From Vicugna vicugna (lineage: Eukaryota), in contig MU058718.1 in the NCBI GenBank assembly GCA_013265495.1, positions 2,565,779-2,629,778 of the forward strand: a stretch of 64,000 nucleotides of DNA, read 5' to 3'. Within the stretch, counting starts at the first letter, position 1, and every line of letters begins with the position of its first letter. Shown piece after piece: positions 26,131-37,700 of this stretch. A model generated the notes under the pieces. That model did not search any database and had not been told where the DNA came from. It saw only the letters and a list, made by a program, of their open reading frames with translations. A program made the translations under genes and the position numbers.

Positions 26131-28294
26131 AAGGGACAGACATAAATAGGCCATTTCAGTATTTTCGGTGAGGAGCTGAGATAGGCACATGACCAGGTGG
26201 TCCAGCCACTCACAGGAGAGCTTCTCTGCCAGAATTCAGGGAGGCTGCCGATGTGATGTCTGAACTGACTCCTGAAGGGAAAGAGGGACCATCAGGAGAT
26301 GGGCAGGGTGTTCCAGGAAAGAACAGTATAATCAGAGGAACATCAGACTCAGGCTACTACTGGTGTGGATGGAGAACTAACAGCTCAGTGTGCCTAAAGG
26401 TATGAGTCGGAAACGGAGATGACGGAAGCCAAGCCACGAGGGCCCTTCCAGCTTAAGATTCGCCCTAAAGGTGAGGGAGATCCACCAAAGAGTCCTAGAC
26501 AGGAACATGTGATGGTCAGATTTGTGTTTCAGATACATGTCAAGAAGATTTAGCAAGGTATCTTGTTGGGATGAGGTACTGCTGATGGAATAATGACTTA
26601 AGCCAACAGGGTTTGTTTTCTCACATAAGAAGTCTGGAGGTAGACAGTTACTCCCTGGCTAAGACACTTGCATCCTTTCTGTCATTTAGCTTTGTCATAC
26701 TTTTGTCCTCATGGTTATAACCTCATGGTCAGAAGATGGCTGTCTGAGCTCAAAACAGCACATCCATGTTTAAGGAAGCAAGAACGGGGAAGGATGCAAC
26801 CATTCCCCTGGATCTCCGATGTAAAAGCCCTCCCGGAAACCACCAGACTGGGAGTAAACTGCTGGCAGTCAGCTCGGGACTATGCTAGTCAGTCACCTCC
26901 AGCTGCAAGAGAAGCTGAGGAAGCCGTGATCTTCTTAATTCTGTAGCAGATTTGGACAAGAGAGGAGCTTGGGAATAAGTGGTGGGTGGCTAACCTATCA
27001 TTTCTGCCATACAAGCTAGCAGAGGGCAGATGATGTGGACCTGAAACAGGGCCAGGGTAATATAGATGGAGTGGATACTGTTGCCATTAACTGAAACTTA
27101 AAATTCAGAAATTCTGAGTAGTGGATCCCGTTCCTTTAGATATGGGTTTGAGGTGTCATCCCAAGAGGATGTTCAGCAGGAAACTGGATATAAATTAAAA
27201 ACTCAAGAAGATTTAGGGCTTGGGGCGTATTTGGAGGTCATTACAATGTCGGGCATCTCACCTACATTCTAATGACCTTGAACTATGTCTCAAGCAGGAG
27301 GAATTTTCTAAGTAGTGATTGTTTTATCATAGGCCTAACATAATTTCAAGTAAGCCTGAGACTGTGGGAGACGTGCTAACCTGCACAACTCTATTTTTGC
27401 TACATGCTACAACACCCGGCCTGGGAACTTAATGGAGAGTAAAGTTATGCAAAGAATCACTGTGTACAACAAGGACCAGAACATTTTCTGCCAAGCCCAC
27501 CTCCAGTACAAACATGTACACACACCCGTCTGTGCTATACATAGAACTTGCTCTTGAATAGTAAAATTTCTTTGCCACAGTGTAGAGCAAATGTGTTTTT
27601 TCATGCTCTTGATTGAAATAACAGGAAATGTCATCATTCTTGAAGTCTTGGTATTTATAACAAATATAACCACCATATATCTATTTACATATATATATAT
27701 AAAACTGTGGATGCTCTGAGATCTATTGGCAAGGTGTCTGGTACCATCCCTGGCTTGGGATAAAAACTCCTGCAGCTAAAGAATCTTACCTCTCAAGCAA
27801 TTACTCTGAAGACTCAATCCAAAAGGACTAAAATGTCTATAGAAGAAGGCTCCTAGGCTTCTAGCCTAAAACGGGCCTCCGCCTCTTTAGCAAGTCTGGC
27901 AGATCCTGGAAATTCTACGCTCAAGCTGTGGATACAAGAGAAATATTTCTTCAGCATTTACTTTGACCAGTGAAATAGCTATGACAGATTTTTTTCTTTT
28001 CCCTAAGACGCACAGTGACATTTTAAAGGAGAAACCTCTCTTTTCGTGCCATGGAATCTTTAAAAAATAATATTAGAATAATATTCTTCTGACTCAGAGG
28101 AATGTCTGCTCAAGCAAAGTTGTCCAAAGCCTCATATTTCAAAAAGAATTCGGCCACTGTTATGCAGGCAAGAGTCAGGATGGCTCATTTCAGCCTCTTC
28201 CCTGTTGGATCTTCTTCTTTGTATTCAGATAACATCAGATTAAAAATTATTGACATCCTTTCCATGCAAAGACCTTTTTAGCCTATTTTGCTGG

Positions 28295-28398
28295 TTTTTA
28301 AAATTTTTTTATTTTTAATCGAGGTACTGGGGAAACCCGGGACCTCATGCATGCTAAGCACGAGCTCTACTTCTGAGCTACACCCAGTCTCCCTCCCC
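28295..28398 (-). mobile_element. tRNA-derived SINE
   Basis: gaggtactgggga...catgcatgctaagcacgagctctacttctgagctacaccc. Confidence 0.82.
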
Positions 28399-28729
28399 AC
28401 CTGTTTTACTGTTAAATGCATACTACATTGCAGCATTGCTCCTTTTTTTTTTTAAAAAATGCCTTGTTTTCCCTACTGATTGTGAGATCCTTAAAGGCAC
28501 GGGTCACATCCTGTACTCCTTATTTCTTGCAGAGTTGTGTTTGTCGTTAAATGGATGGATGAATGAAAGAATGACAAAAGCTGGAGGGCAGCAGTAGGTG
28601 AGTCGCTAGGCAGCCTGGTAAAGAGGATTACAGGACTCAGGTCAGATTAGCAGCAAAGGTGGTGTAGGGGCGAGAATGTCTCATTTGAGCCGCAGACATG
28701 AATCCTAGCCCCAGGTTGCCTTGCTTGGC

Positions 28730-29150
28730 TTCACTCATTCAGCAAACATTTCTTTTAGCGTCTTCCAATGAGCTAGGCAGGCATTGCAGCAGGCCCCGGT
28801 AAGACAAAGTCCCAGCCCTACAGAGTGTGGTGGTGGTGAGACAGGGACATGTGGAGACCAGGGGTGATAGGAGATACGATCGTGGCAGGCACTGAGCACG
28901 TGGAATAGAGAAGGGGCTTCTGTGTTGGACTGGTTTCTAGGAAAGCTTCTCGAAGAGAAGGGTTTTGATTCAAGTCTTGAAGGGTGGGTAAGTTGGCCAG
29001 ATGAGATTGATTGGGAAAAGCATTATACATAGAGGGACTAACATGTGAGGATGTTCCAAAGCATAAAATAGGGGGTTGCATTTAACTGAAGTCTCAGCTG
29101 AAAGGGTAGCTGTGGCCAGAGCTGAAGTTAAGAGAGGTTGGCTTGAGCTA
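28730..29150 (-). mobile_element. LINE-2 3' fragment
   Basis: tcactcattcagcaaacattt start followed by typical L2 purine-rich sequence. Confidence 0.6.
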
Positions 29151-29317
29151 CCTTGCAGAGGGCCCTGTGGCAATGTGATTTAGTACTAGAGAGCAGAGGT
29201 TTAGAGGTCAGACAGGACTGAGTTCCAATCACAGCTCTGGAACCTATAAGCCATGTACCAGTCACTGATTTCTTTTCTTCCCCCCTAAGTCTTAATTTCT
29301 TTAGCACAGTGCCTAGC

Positions 29318-29815
29318 TGTATCACTCATCTACTGCTGCATAACAAACTATCCCAAACCATAACGGCTTAAAACAACATAGCTTTATTAAATTCTTACAG
29401 TATCTGTGGGTCTGGAATCTGAGTCCTGCTTCCCAGGGAGTCCTCTGCTTCAGGGTCTCTCACCAGGCTGCAAAGTGCCAGCTAGAGCTAAGGTGCCACC
29501 TCAAGACATAACTAGAAGATTCACTTCCAAGCTCACTTACCCAGTTGTTGGCAGAACTCAGTGCGTGGCAGGATGTCGGTCAGAGGCTGCCCTCAGTTCC
29601 TTGCATGTGGGCCTTCCCAGCATAATGGCTTGCTTCATCAAAGCCAGGGAGAGGAGTCTGCTAGTGAGACAGATTTAGCCTACTCATTGAGAAGATTTCT
29701 CATCACTGTTGCCACATTCTGTGGGTTAGAGGTCACTAGGCCAGCCCACACTGCAGGGGAGGGATTATACAGGAAATGGGGATCATTGGGGGTCATCTTA
29801 GGCTCTGTCTGACCC
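29318..29815 (-). mobile_element. MLT1F/G-like MaLR LTR inserted in a MIR
   Basis: tgtat...tgctgcataacaaactatcccaaa...ggcttaaaacaaca...ggtcactaggccagcccacact...gatcattgggggtcatctt; MIR-like sequence on both sides. Confidence 0.75.
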
Positions 29816-31118
29816 GCTAACCCATGGCTTATTACCACTAGATAAATGTTAGCTATTAGTATTCTCCATTGAGAGATTTGCAAAAGCTATAGCGAGTCAG
29901 TGAAGGATTTCACATCAAGGATTAACTGCAGGTGACCTTGGGCAAGCCAAATCACCTGTCTTTGCACCTCTATTTCCTCCTCAGTACAATGAAAACATCT
30001 GTGTCCAAAAGAAATGAGAACATATATGCAAACACAAACACATTTTTGTAATACCAAATATACAGATCTCCACAGTCTGAGAAAGTTAAACTGCTCTGGG
30101 CCAATTTTCCATTTTGTGTTGATTCCCTGTGTCTCACAAGTTTGATATTTTCAAAGTTTTTAGGGCTTGGCCCTGTGGGCCGGTAGGGATTTGTATAACT
30201 GGAAAAAACACCCACAAAAAGAAATCTGTCTTTTAAGCTTCCCTTAGGGCATTTCCAAGGGCTTGATTTTTCCTTCTTTTTAAATACCTTTGCTTCCAAA
30301 GACCCATGGAGGGTCCGAGGAAGAAAACAGACTATCTGGGAAATTTCAAGCTGTGGATAATAAAAATGGTAATAAAATTTCGTCCGGCTCCTGGCGCTTC
30401 GTACTGGGGGTGTTTATGGTGGATGGGTTTCCCCCGCATCCTCACCGCTGGTTTCGAGTTTGTGGGGTTTCCATTCGGGTGGAGAGCTCGGGTTACCACC
30501 TCCATGGCCGCCGTCAAGGGCGGCCCCGATGCCCGCGGGCAATGGGCGAGAGACCCAGGGTCCCTCCAGCGTGGCGTCTCGCCCATTACTGCTTGGTGTC
30601 CAAACCGGATGCCTCATTCCACGTTCCAAACAAATCCAGTCACACACTGTCGCGTTTCATGGCCTTCCCGGGTGCGGTTTTCCCCGGGGAAGGTAAACAA
30701 CGCTCATGACCCGGACTGGCAGGCCTTTTGGCCCAGTGGCCCAGTCCTCACTGGCGTTCCAGCCCTCCTGGGAGGCGGCCTTCGGGAGGGGGCTGGAATT
30801 TAGGAGTCACTCCCCCCGGCTTCATACAAAGGCGTGCTTCTTCGCAGCGCGTCTCCGAGTGGAGCCAAGCAGCCAAGGAGGCTGCGACTGCAATGCCCTT
30901 TGCTTCTCGGCCGAGGGCCTGACCTCGAGGGCAAGGGGCGCTCGGACCCCAGGGCAGGGCGCAAACCATGACCCTCACCACCACACCCTCGCCCTGCTAG
31001 GCTGGAGGGGCACGGCGGGCCAGCCAGCAGCTGCATACGCCGCCGCGAGGTCCCCCTTCCCGCTGAGGTCACCTCCTGGGGCGCCGCTGCCTTCAGAACG
31101 CGCGGGCCATTTGGTCCC

Positions 31119-31406
31119 GGGGGCGGGGCTCGACGGGACCCCAGGGCAGCCGCGACCGGAGGGCGGGAGTGACCCCGCGAGCTCTCGGGGAGAGGAGGCG
31201 GAGGAGAAGGACTAGTTCCGACCGCTCCTGGCCAGGAGCTTTCACCTCACCAGCCCCTCCGCTTCGGTGACCGCTGCCTTAGAAAACTTTTAACGAGAAC
31301 CAGATGTGGCCGCCGCTGTCGAACTTTCTCAGAGCCGGTGATTGGTCCCGGGTCCAGGACCGCAGCCAATCAGCGCTCTGTGAGGGCCCAGAGTCCCGCC
31401 CCGCCC
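31119..31406 (+). promoter_or_regulatory. TATA-less NID2 proximal promoter with GC boxes and two opposed CCAAT boxes
   Basis: GGGGCGGGGC at ~31120-31129; ATTGG at 31341-31345; CCAAT at 31366-31370; CCCGCCCCGCCC at 31395-31406; 100-400 bp upstream of the ATG. Confidence 0.7.
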
Positions 31407-31512
31407 GGGCTCCCGCGGGGATCCAGGTTGGAGACTGGCGCGGCGCGGCTAGTGGGCTGGCTGGCCAGGCCGGGACGCGCTCTGCCGCGGGGCAGCCCAG
31501 GGCGGAACGAGC

Positions 31513-31740
31513 ATGCGGGGGGACCGGGTAGCAGGGCGGCGGGCGCTGCGGCCGCCGCCGCTGCTGTTGCTGCTGTTGCTGCTGCTGTCCCGGGCCGTGG
31601 CGCTGCATCCAGGAGAGCTCTTCCCCTACGGGCTGTCGCGGGGAGACCAGCTTCTGCAGGAAGGCGACGACGAAAGCTCAGCCGCGGTGAAGCTGGCGCT
31701 TCCCCTGCGCTTCTATGATGCCCAATTTAGCGACCTCTAT
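31513..31740 (+). CDS. NID2: NID2 coding exon 1 (signal peptide with poly-Leu core, start of G1)
   Basis: ATG at 31513; MRGDRVAG...[24 protein letters not shown]...FSDLY; donor GTAAGT at 31741. Confidence 0.96.
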
Positions 31741-34700
31741 GTAAGTTCAGCTTCTTCCTGGTGCAGGACGAGGCAGATTTCTCGCGGCTTCTGACCAGAA
31801 ATCAATGTAGTGTGAATCTCAGCGAACCCTTGCCTTCGGAAGGGAGGAAACAGCCCGCACGGTCGGCTGTCCCGCAGCGCCCTAGGGGTGGGACCCAGCC
31901 TTGCAGCGATGCTGTTGCCGGACCCGTTGCTTTTCCCTGCTTGGAGGGGAGAGGAAGAATTGTTCGCAGCCACATAAGTGTCCAGGCAGAAAAGAAGGTG
32001 GGGTTGCTAAGGCAGTCAGTGGGGTTTCCAGTTAGGACAGCGAGAAGCCTATGCAGGTCTGCAGAGCTGGGTGTTCTTCAGCTTTCCTCGGATCCGGAGC
32101 TTTTAATCCAGGGTTATGCGGAAAGTGAGAAGCTATGTGAACGAGTTTTAGAGTTCCTGGACCTATTATATCGCTCTTGAGGGGCAGGGGTGGCGGGTGG
32201 GACCCCGGCTGAAGTTGCACTGGTCGCCCTGAACCAGGAATCGGGCTTCCAGCCGATGGGAAAGGGGGAGCTTCATGCCCAGGGCGGTTCCCTTCCCTCC
32301 TGGCGAAGCAGGGTGGGCGCGCGTGTCCGGACCTGTGGTAGCTGCCCTCTGGCTTTCTGCAACATACGCGACCGCCACCTTTTTGTCCCCCTCCTCCCCC
32401 AGGTGGGCACCAACGGCATCATCTCCACCCAGGACTTCCCCAGGGAAACCCAGTATGTGGATGATGATTTCCCCACAGACTTTCCAGCCATAGCCCCCTT
32501 TCTGGCCGACATCGACACGAGTCACGGCAGGGGCCGGGTCCTGTACCGAGAAGACACCTCCCCGGCGGTGCTGGACCTGGCTGCCCGCTACGTGCGCGCA
32601 GGCTTCCCACGCGCCGCCGCGCACTTCGCCCCCACCCACGCCTTCCTGGCCACCTGGGAGCAGGTGGGCGCCTACGAGGAGGCCACGCGCAGGGCCCCGC
32701 CCTCGGGAGAGGTAAGCGCCCAGGGATGCTTAACTCTGAGCCACTTGAGGGATGGGCTTGAATTCCGGGCTGGAACCTAGGAAAGTGAAGTTTCTGAGTC
32801 TGCTGAACCTAATGTATCGTTTGGTGGCACTAGGATTGAAGTAGCTTGGAAGTGAAGAAGGCTGTTTTCTCCTGGTTTTCTTTGAGGATCTGAGAGGTGA
32901 TCCCTCTCACGAGGAGAACTGCTTAGGGAATATGAGTGCCTCACTGCAGATGCAGAAAGCCCTCAGAATACAAGGGGGTTTACTGTTTACTTATTTTTAG
33001 AATCACCTCAAATATACAAGAATTATTTCTAATTATATGTTCATTGAAGGAAAAACATCAGAAAATACAGGCATTTTAAAAAAGAACAACCACTCATTTT
33101 CCTACCACTCAAAGATAATCACTGTTAAACAGTTTCATATGCATCTGCCAGAACTTTTTCCTATCCAGTCTGTATCTATTACTATTAATGATGGGGTCAC
33201 ACAGTGCACATACTGTTTTGTACCTTTTTTTTTCCACGAATAGTAAATTGTGATTATTTTCAGTGTCAATAACTATTTCTACATCATGTTAATATTTGCA
33301 TAATATTTCACCATCCAGTAGATTTCACACTGTGCCCAGTGGTCAGCAAAGTTATTTCCAATTTTTCATCATTATAAATTTTTCTTTTTTAAGCTGAATC
33401 TTTGTACTGTGTCACTAGCTGACCTTCCAGGAGGTGGAATTGTTGGGTCAGAGAGATGCAATTTTTATAAGGTTTTTTTTATTGCTTTTGCCAAATCGCC
33501 CTCCAGGAACCAGTTCACATGCTCCCTACTTTACTGGAGATTGTCCTCAGTTCGTTGTATAGTCTCTACCTAAGAAAGTGGGGAAAAAACCCCCAAAAAA
33601 CTAAAACAAACAAACAAAAAACAAACCTTTAGGCTTGGCAGTAACATTTGAAGTACTCCAAATAGACATCAGGTGTGGCCAGGGTGGCTTGGCAAATGAT
33701 AAGTGGCCTCATTCCTGGGGTAGATGAGGGTTTCCTCCTATGAAATTAGACATGAATCTTAACTGTCATACCCCAAAGGCTGAAACTCTTTCAGTTTATC
33801 TCTATTTTAATTCATTAAAGTGATTCTCAGCTGTAGAAGGATGGCACATATCCTCCCTGAGGCTCAGAGAGGTTAAATAGCTTGCCCACTCTCACTGAGT
33901 AATTCAAGATGGTGGCCATTCTTGTTCTGTGAGTATGAGGAGTATTTCCTAAAGGCTGTGCTGAGCAAAGAAGATCTAGAAATAAAAATCATTTGAATTG
34001 ATTTTTGCTGTTCTTTTTTTTGGTTTTTGGTCAGGCAACATCTAGTTTTGTTTGTTGAATAATTTTTTAATGCATAGGTTTGACATTTCAATTATTCAAT
34101 TCAACAGAATACATTCAGTTCAAAGATATAATTTGCACACCTTCTTTGTTCAGGGCATTGGGCTAGGGGGAGGGTTGGAGAAAGATGAATAAGGTAAGTT
34201 TGTTGCATTCACTCATTCATTTTTGTCCATAAGTTTAAGAAACATATTTAAAGTTTAATATACCTATAATACAAAATTTAGGAAATAAACATTGTTTATC
34301 ATTCCACTAACTGCAGGTCACGACTGCTAATACTTTATTGTGTTTTCTTCCAGTCTTCTTTTCTTCAGTCTTTTTTATGTGTGTATAAGTAATTTATATT
34401 TGAACGTAGTTGAGATTTAGTCATTCAACAAACCTTTCTTGCATACTTACTGTATGTCAGGATGTATAGACACCATGAAAGGACGCAATCTTTACTCCCA
34501 GGGATTTCAGTTTAATAGGGACATTGATTATTATTCAATATGATAAGTGAAGTAGCATCTTAACTTAAGGAGACAAATCTACCCCTCCCTGGTTAGGGGA
34601 CCCAGTGTAAGAAAGTTTCACTGAGGAGCTGCCTTTGAATCTGAGTTGAGCAGAGTAGAACATTCCCAACAGAAGGGCTAGCATATGACATATCACCCAT

Positions 34701-37700
34701 GTATTATAATGTATAATGTGTTTGGGACATTACATGTGGTATATTATTACTGAAAAGGAAAGGTGGTGGGACATGAGGCTGGGAAGGTCATGCGTAGACG
34801 CAGATCATGCTCTGCTAGGAGTTTGGACTTGGTTCTTTGGCACTGGGCAGCTTTTGAAGGATTTTAAACAGAACTTTGTTTCTGTTTTGTTTTTTAGAGA
34901 GAAGTCTTTGTGTTGAGAAGGTAAGGGTTCAAAAGAAAGACTGACAACTTAGACAGTTATTATATGTGTTGTTTACTCAGGCTATCTTTTAATTCTTACA
35001 GCAACATTTTATCATGCTGTCTTCCCACAACAATGTTACAAGATAAGTACAGGAAGATTTATTGTTTGCAATTACTAGTCAGTGGCAAACTAGCGATTGT
35101 CCAGAATTCTGTAGGTAGTGACACAAGGCAGGTTTAGAATACAGATTTCCTAATTCTTAGGGATTTTCTTTGTTGTTGTTGTTGCTTTTACCCAGACTTT
35201 TCATGCGAGACCCATTTCCTTGGCACAAGTGATGTAGGTAGACACAACAGTAGTTGTGCATTTTCCAAAGACTTCTAATAAATGAGGCTTGAGTATTATT
35301 GTCCTGATGTGATCTTAGTACCAGAAGAGTCCTTGGAACCATATTTCATCCAAAGGAAGAATGGACTTGGAATGAAGTCTACCAAGGACACTATTGGTGC
35401 CTTGTTACTTCCAAATTAGTGTGCCAGTGCTCTGGAGAGAACTCAACTGCATCTATTTTCTTTTTCAACAGAGAAAAGAGTGTTGACCTGAGTGAGATAA
35501 ATCAGAGAGATGAGCAGTTGCATGAAGCCCTGGGGTAATGAAGTCATACTAGAGCTTTAAGATTCTGATTTTATCAGGGCTTATTTGAAACTGAAAATTA
35601 TGATATAGGCAAGGTGAATTTGTTAATTATTTTTCTCAGTTTCATCTGTAGCCTGGGAATAATGTTCCTCTTACCCAACTTTCAGGGTGCATGTGGAGAT
35701 AATGATGATTAAAAAGTTTTTTAAAAGAAGTGGTTTATGAAAGGTTATCCAGTGGCTTGATCCAGCAACGATCCAGCCTCAGTTGTTTCCTAACTTGTAA
35801 AATGAAGTAGCAGTGCCTGCCTTACAGGACTGTTGTGAGAATTCACTAAGCTGACATTTTAAAGTAGCCATTGTGGTCCCTTAGACCTAGAGGGTGCAAA
35901 TGCTCAGCCAGTCTGTGTTCCTCTATGTTGGCTTGATGGGAACAGATTTTGGTTCTTTTATTTCTCTGTCTTGTAAGGATGCTGTGATGTAAGTACTTCA
36001 CATAAAGACTCTTTAAATACAAGGTTTTCTGAATTGCAACGTCTGTCTAGGCTCTTTTTTTTTTTGCAGGGGGTGGTGGGAAGATTTTTAGAATCCATCT
36101 CTTTCACTTTTCTAATTAAAATCAATCTTCAGACATTGCCAAATGCTGAGTTGACTTCAGAATTTGTTTCATTTAGAAAGGAGATAAAGATTCTGTTTGG
36201 AGACAGGATGTTTTCTTAATTACCCACATGAAGGTTCTTCTGAATACTTTAAAAGAGTCCTGGGACATGAGTTCTTGTTTTAACAGTTCTGTGGAGATAG
36301 CTTTTGGCAAACAGTAATCTGCTTTGCTTGAAGGACTGTGTGAGTTCTACATGGACTTCTTAAACCTTGGCATACTAAACTCAGTTTGCACTTACTGGAA
36401 ACTTGAAGATATCAGAGGAATGCCATCTTTACCACTTAAAACTATTTCAGTTGTTGCCTTTTCTCACCATGGAATTCGTGGTGGGTGTGACAGGATGTTG
36501 TACCTGATATTGCAGGAATGCCTCTAAAAACATATGAACAAATCGCGTTTATCAGTTCATTCAATCTGAGACTCCCTGAACTGTCATAGGTGCTTCGAAG
36601 AGCAAAAAAGTCACAGTACTGACCGTCAGAGAACTTATCCACAGGAAACATAAAGAGGACTAATGTTTACTTTAGCTGTGTGTGTTTGTTTTTGGTGGGG
36701 GGAGTGGGAGGGAGCATTGTTTTATTGTCGTTTGAGGGATAAGGGGGATGGAGAACTGGGCTACACAGATCTTTGTATGGGGATGGATGGGGAATTACCT
36801 GGATTTAAGTTGGGCTGAAAGAGTGGATATTGAGAATGGGGCCATAGGAGATATTGTTCTGTCCTCGGCCGTGTCTTGGGAGAAGGCTAAGAGAGTTGAG
36901 GCTGGAGAAATGAATGAAGGGAGGTGTGGGGCAGTAACACAAGATGAGCAGAAGGCTTCCCAATGGAGACCCCACCTTGGGGACTGAGGTGTGCTGACTT
37001 GTTTCAAAGAACGACAGTCACTGATGGAGGGGGTTAGATCCACGGAAGAGATGAGAGGTAAAAGCAGGACATTGCTGTCGCTTTTTGAGTTCTGACGTGG
37101 AGGTCCAGAAGAGGGGAGGGCTACCGTCCATTTCAAAGAGTTTAGCTTGTGTCTGAGGTATAACTATAAAGACATAAAGAATAGAGCCACCTATGGAAAT
37201 TGGTTAAAGAAATGCTGAAGTTTTGCTAAAGACTAAATGTCAGGAAGGTTATAATATTAGGGAGGTGATAGCACTGAGCATTTATCTTTGAATTTTTGGC
37301 AGGATCTGTAGGATTTAGGGCAGGAAAAATGAATGAGGGAAAATGGTGCAAGTGACAGTGACGGATGGATAAGTAATAGGAGAGGGAGAAATAGACTAAG
37401 GACTGGAGATTACTGTTCACACCGAACACTGAAGGCCAGAAGTCAGCAATGCTGTGACTGTAGAGAGCATGTGACCCTAAAGAAGACAGGGTCAAGAATT
37501 TTGTCACCCGTGTGGAAGACACCTCACTTCTTAATTTGCATTGTAATTTCTGTAAGCCACTCTAGGCAAACCCCTTTGGGACAGGGATGGCACTGTCCTG
37601 ACTTTTGGACAGATGGCCGAAATAAATGAATTACAAAAATGAGAAACTCATTGAGGGGCATGCCTTGTATCTATCAGCCCGGCTCTGCTGGGCATCAAGT

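Larger units (their letters stand above)
30380..32720. promoter_or_regulatory. CpG island spanning the NID2 promoter, exon 1 and exon 2
   Basis: Abrupt rise in GC and CpG density relative to the AT-rich, CpG-poor flanks; contains the NID2 start codon. Confidence 0.9.

Noticed and set aside
30290..31215. Several overlapping 130-170 aa ORFs upstream of NID2
   Set aside because: They lie in the CpG island, occur in multiple frames on both strands, have biased composition and show no recognisable domain.
31304..31531. Upstream ATG ORF overlapping the NID2 start (possible uORF)
   Set aside because: Its ATG lies upstream of the CCAAT and GC boxes, so probably outside the transcript; the TSS cannot be fixed from sequence alone.
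31279..31608. Minus-strand 109-aa ORF with a poly-Q run
   Set aside because: It is the antisense reading of the CTG poly-Leu codons of the NID2 signal peptide in stop-poor GC-rich DNA.
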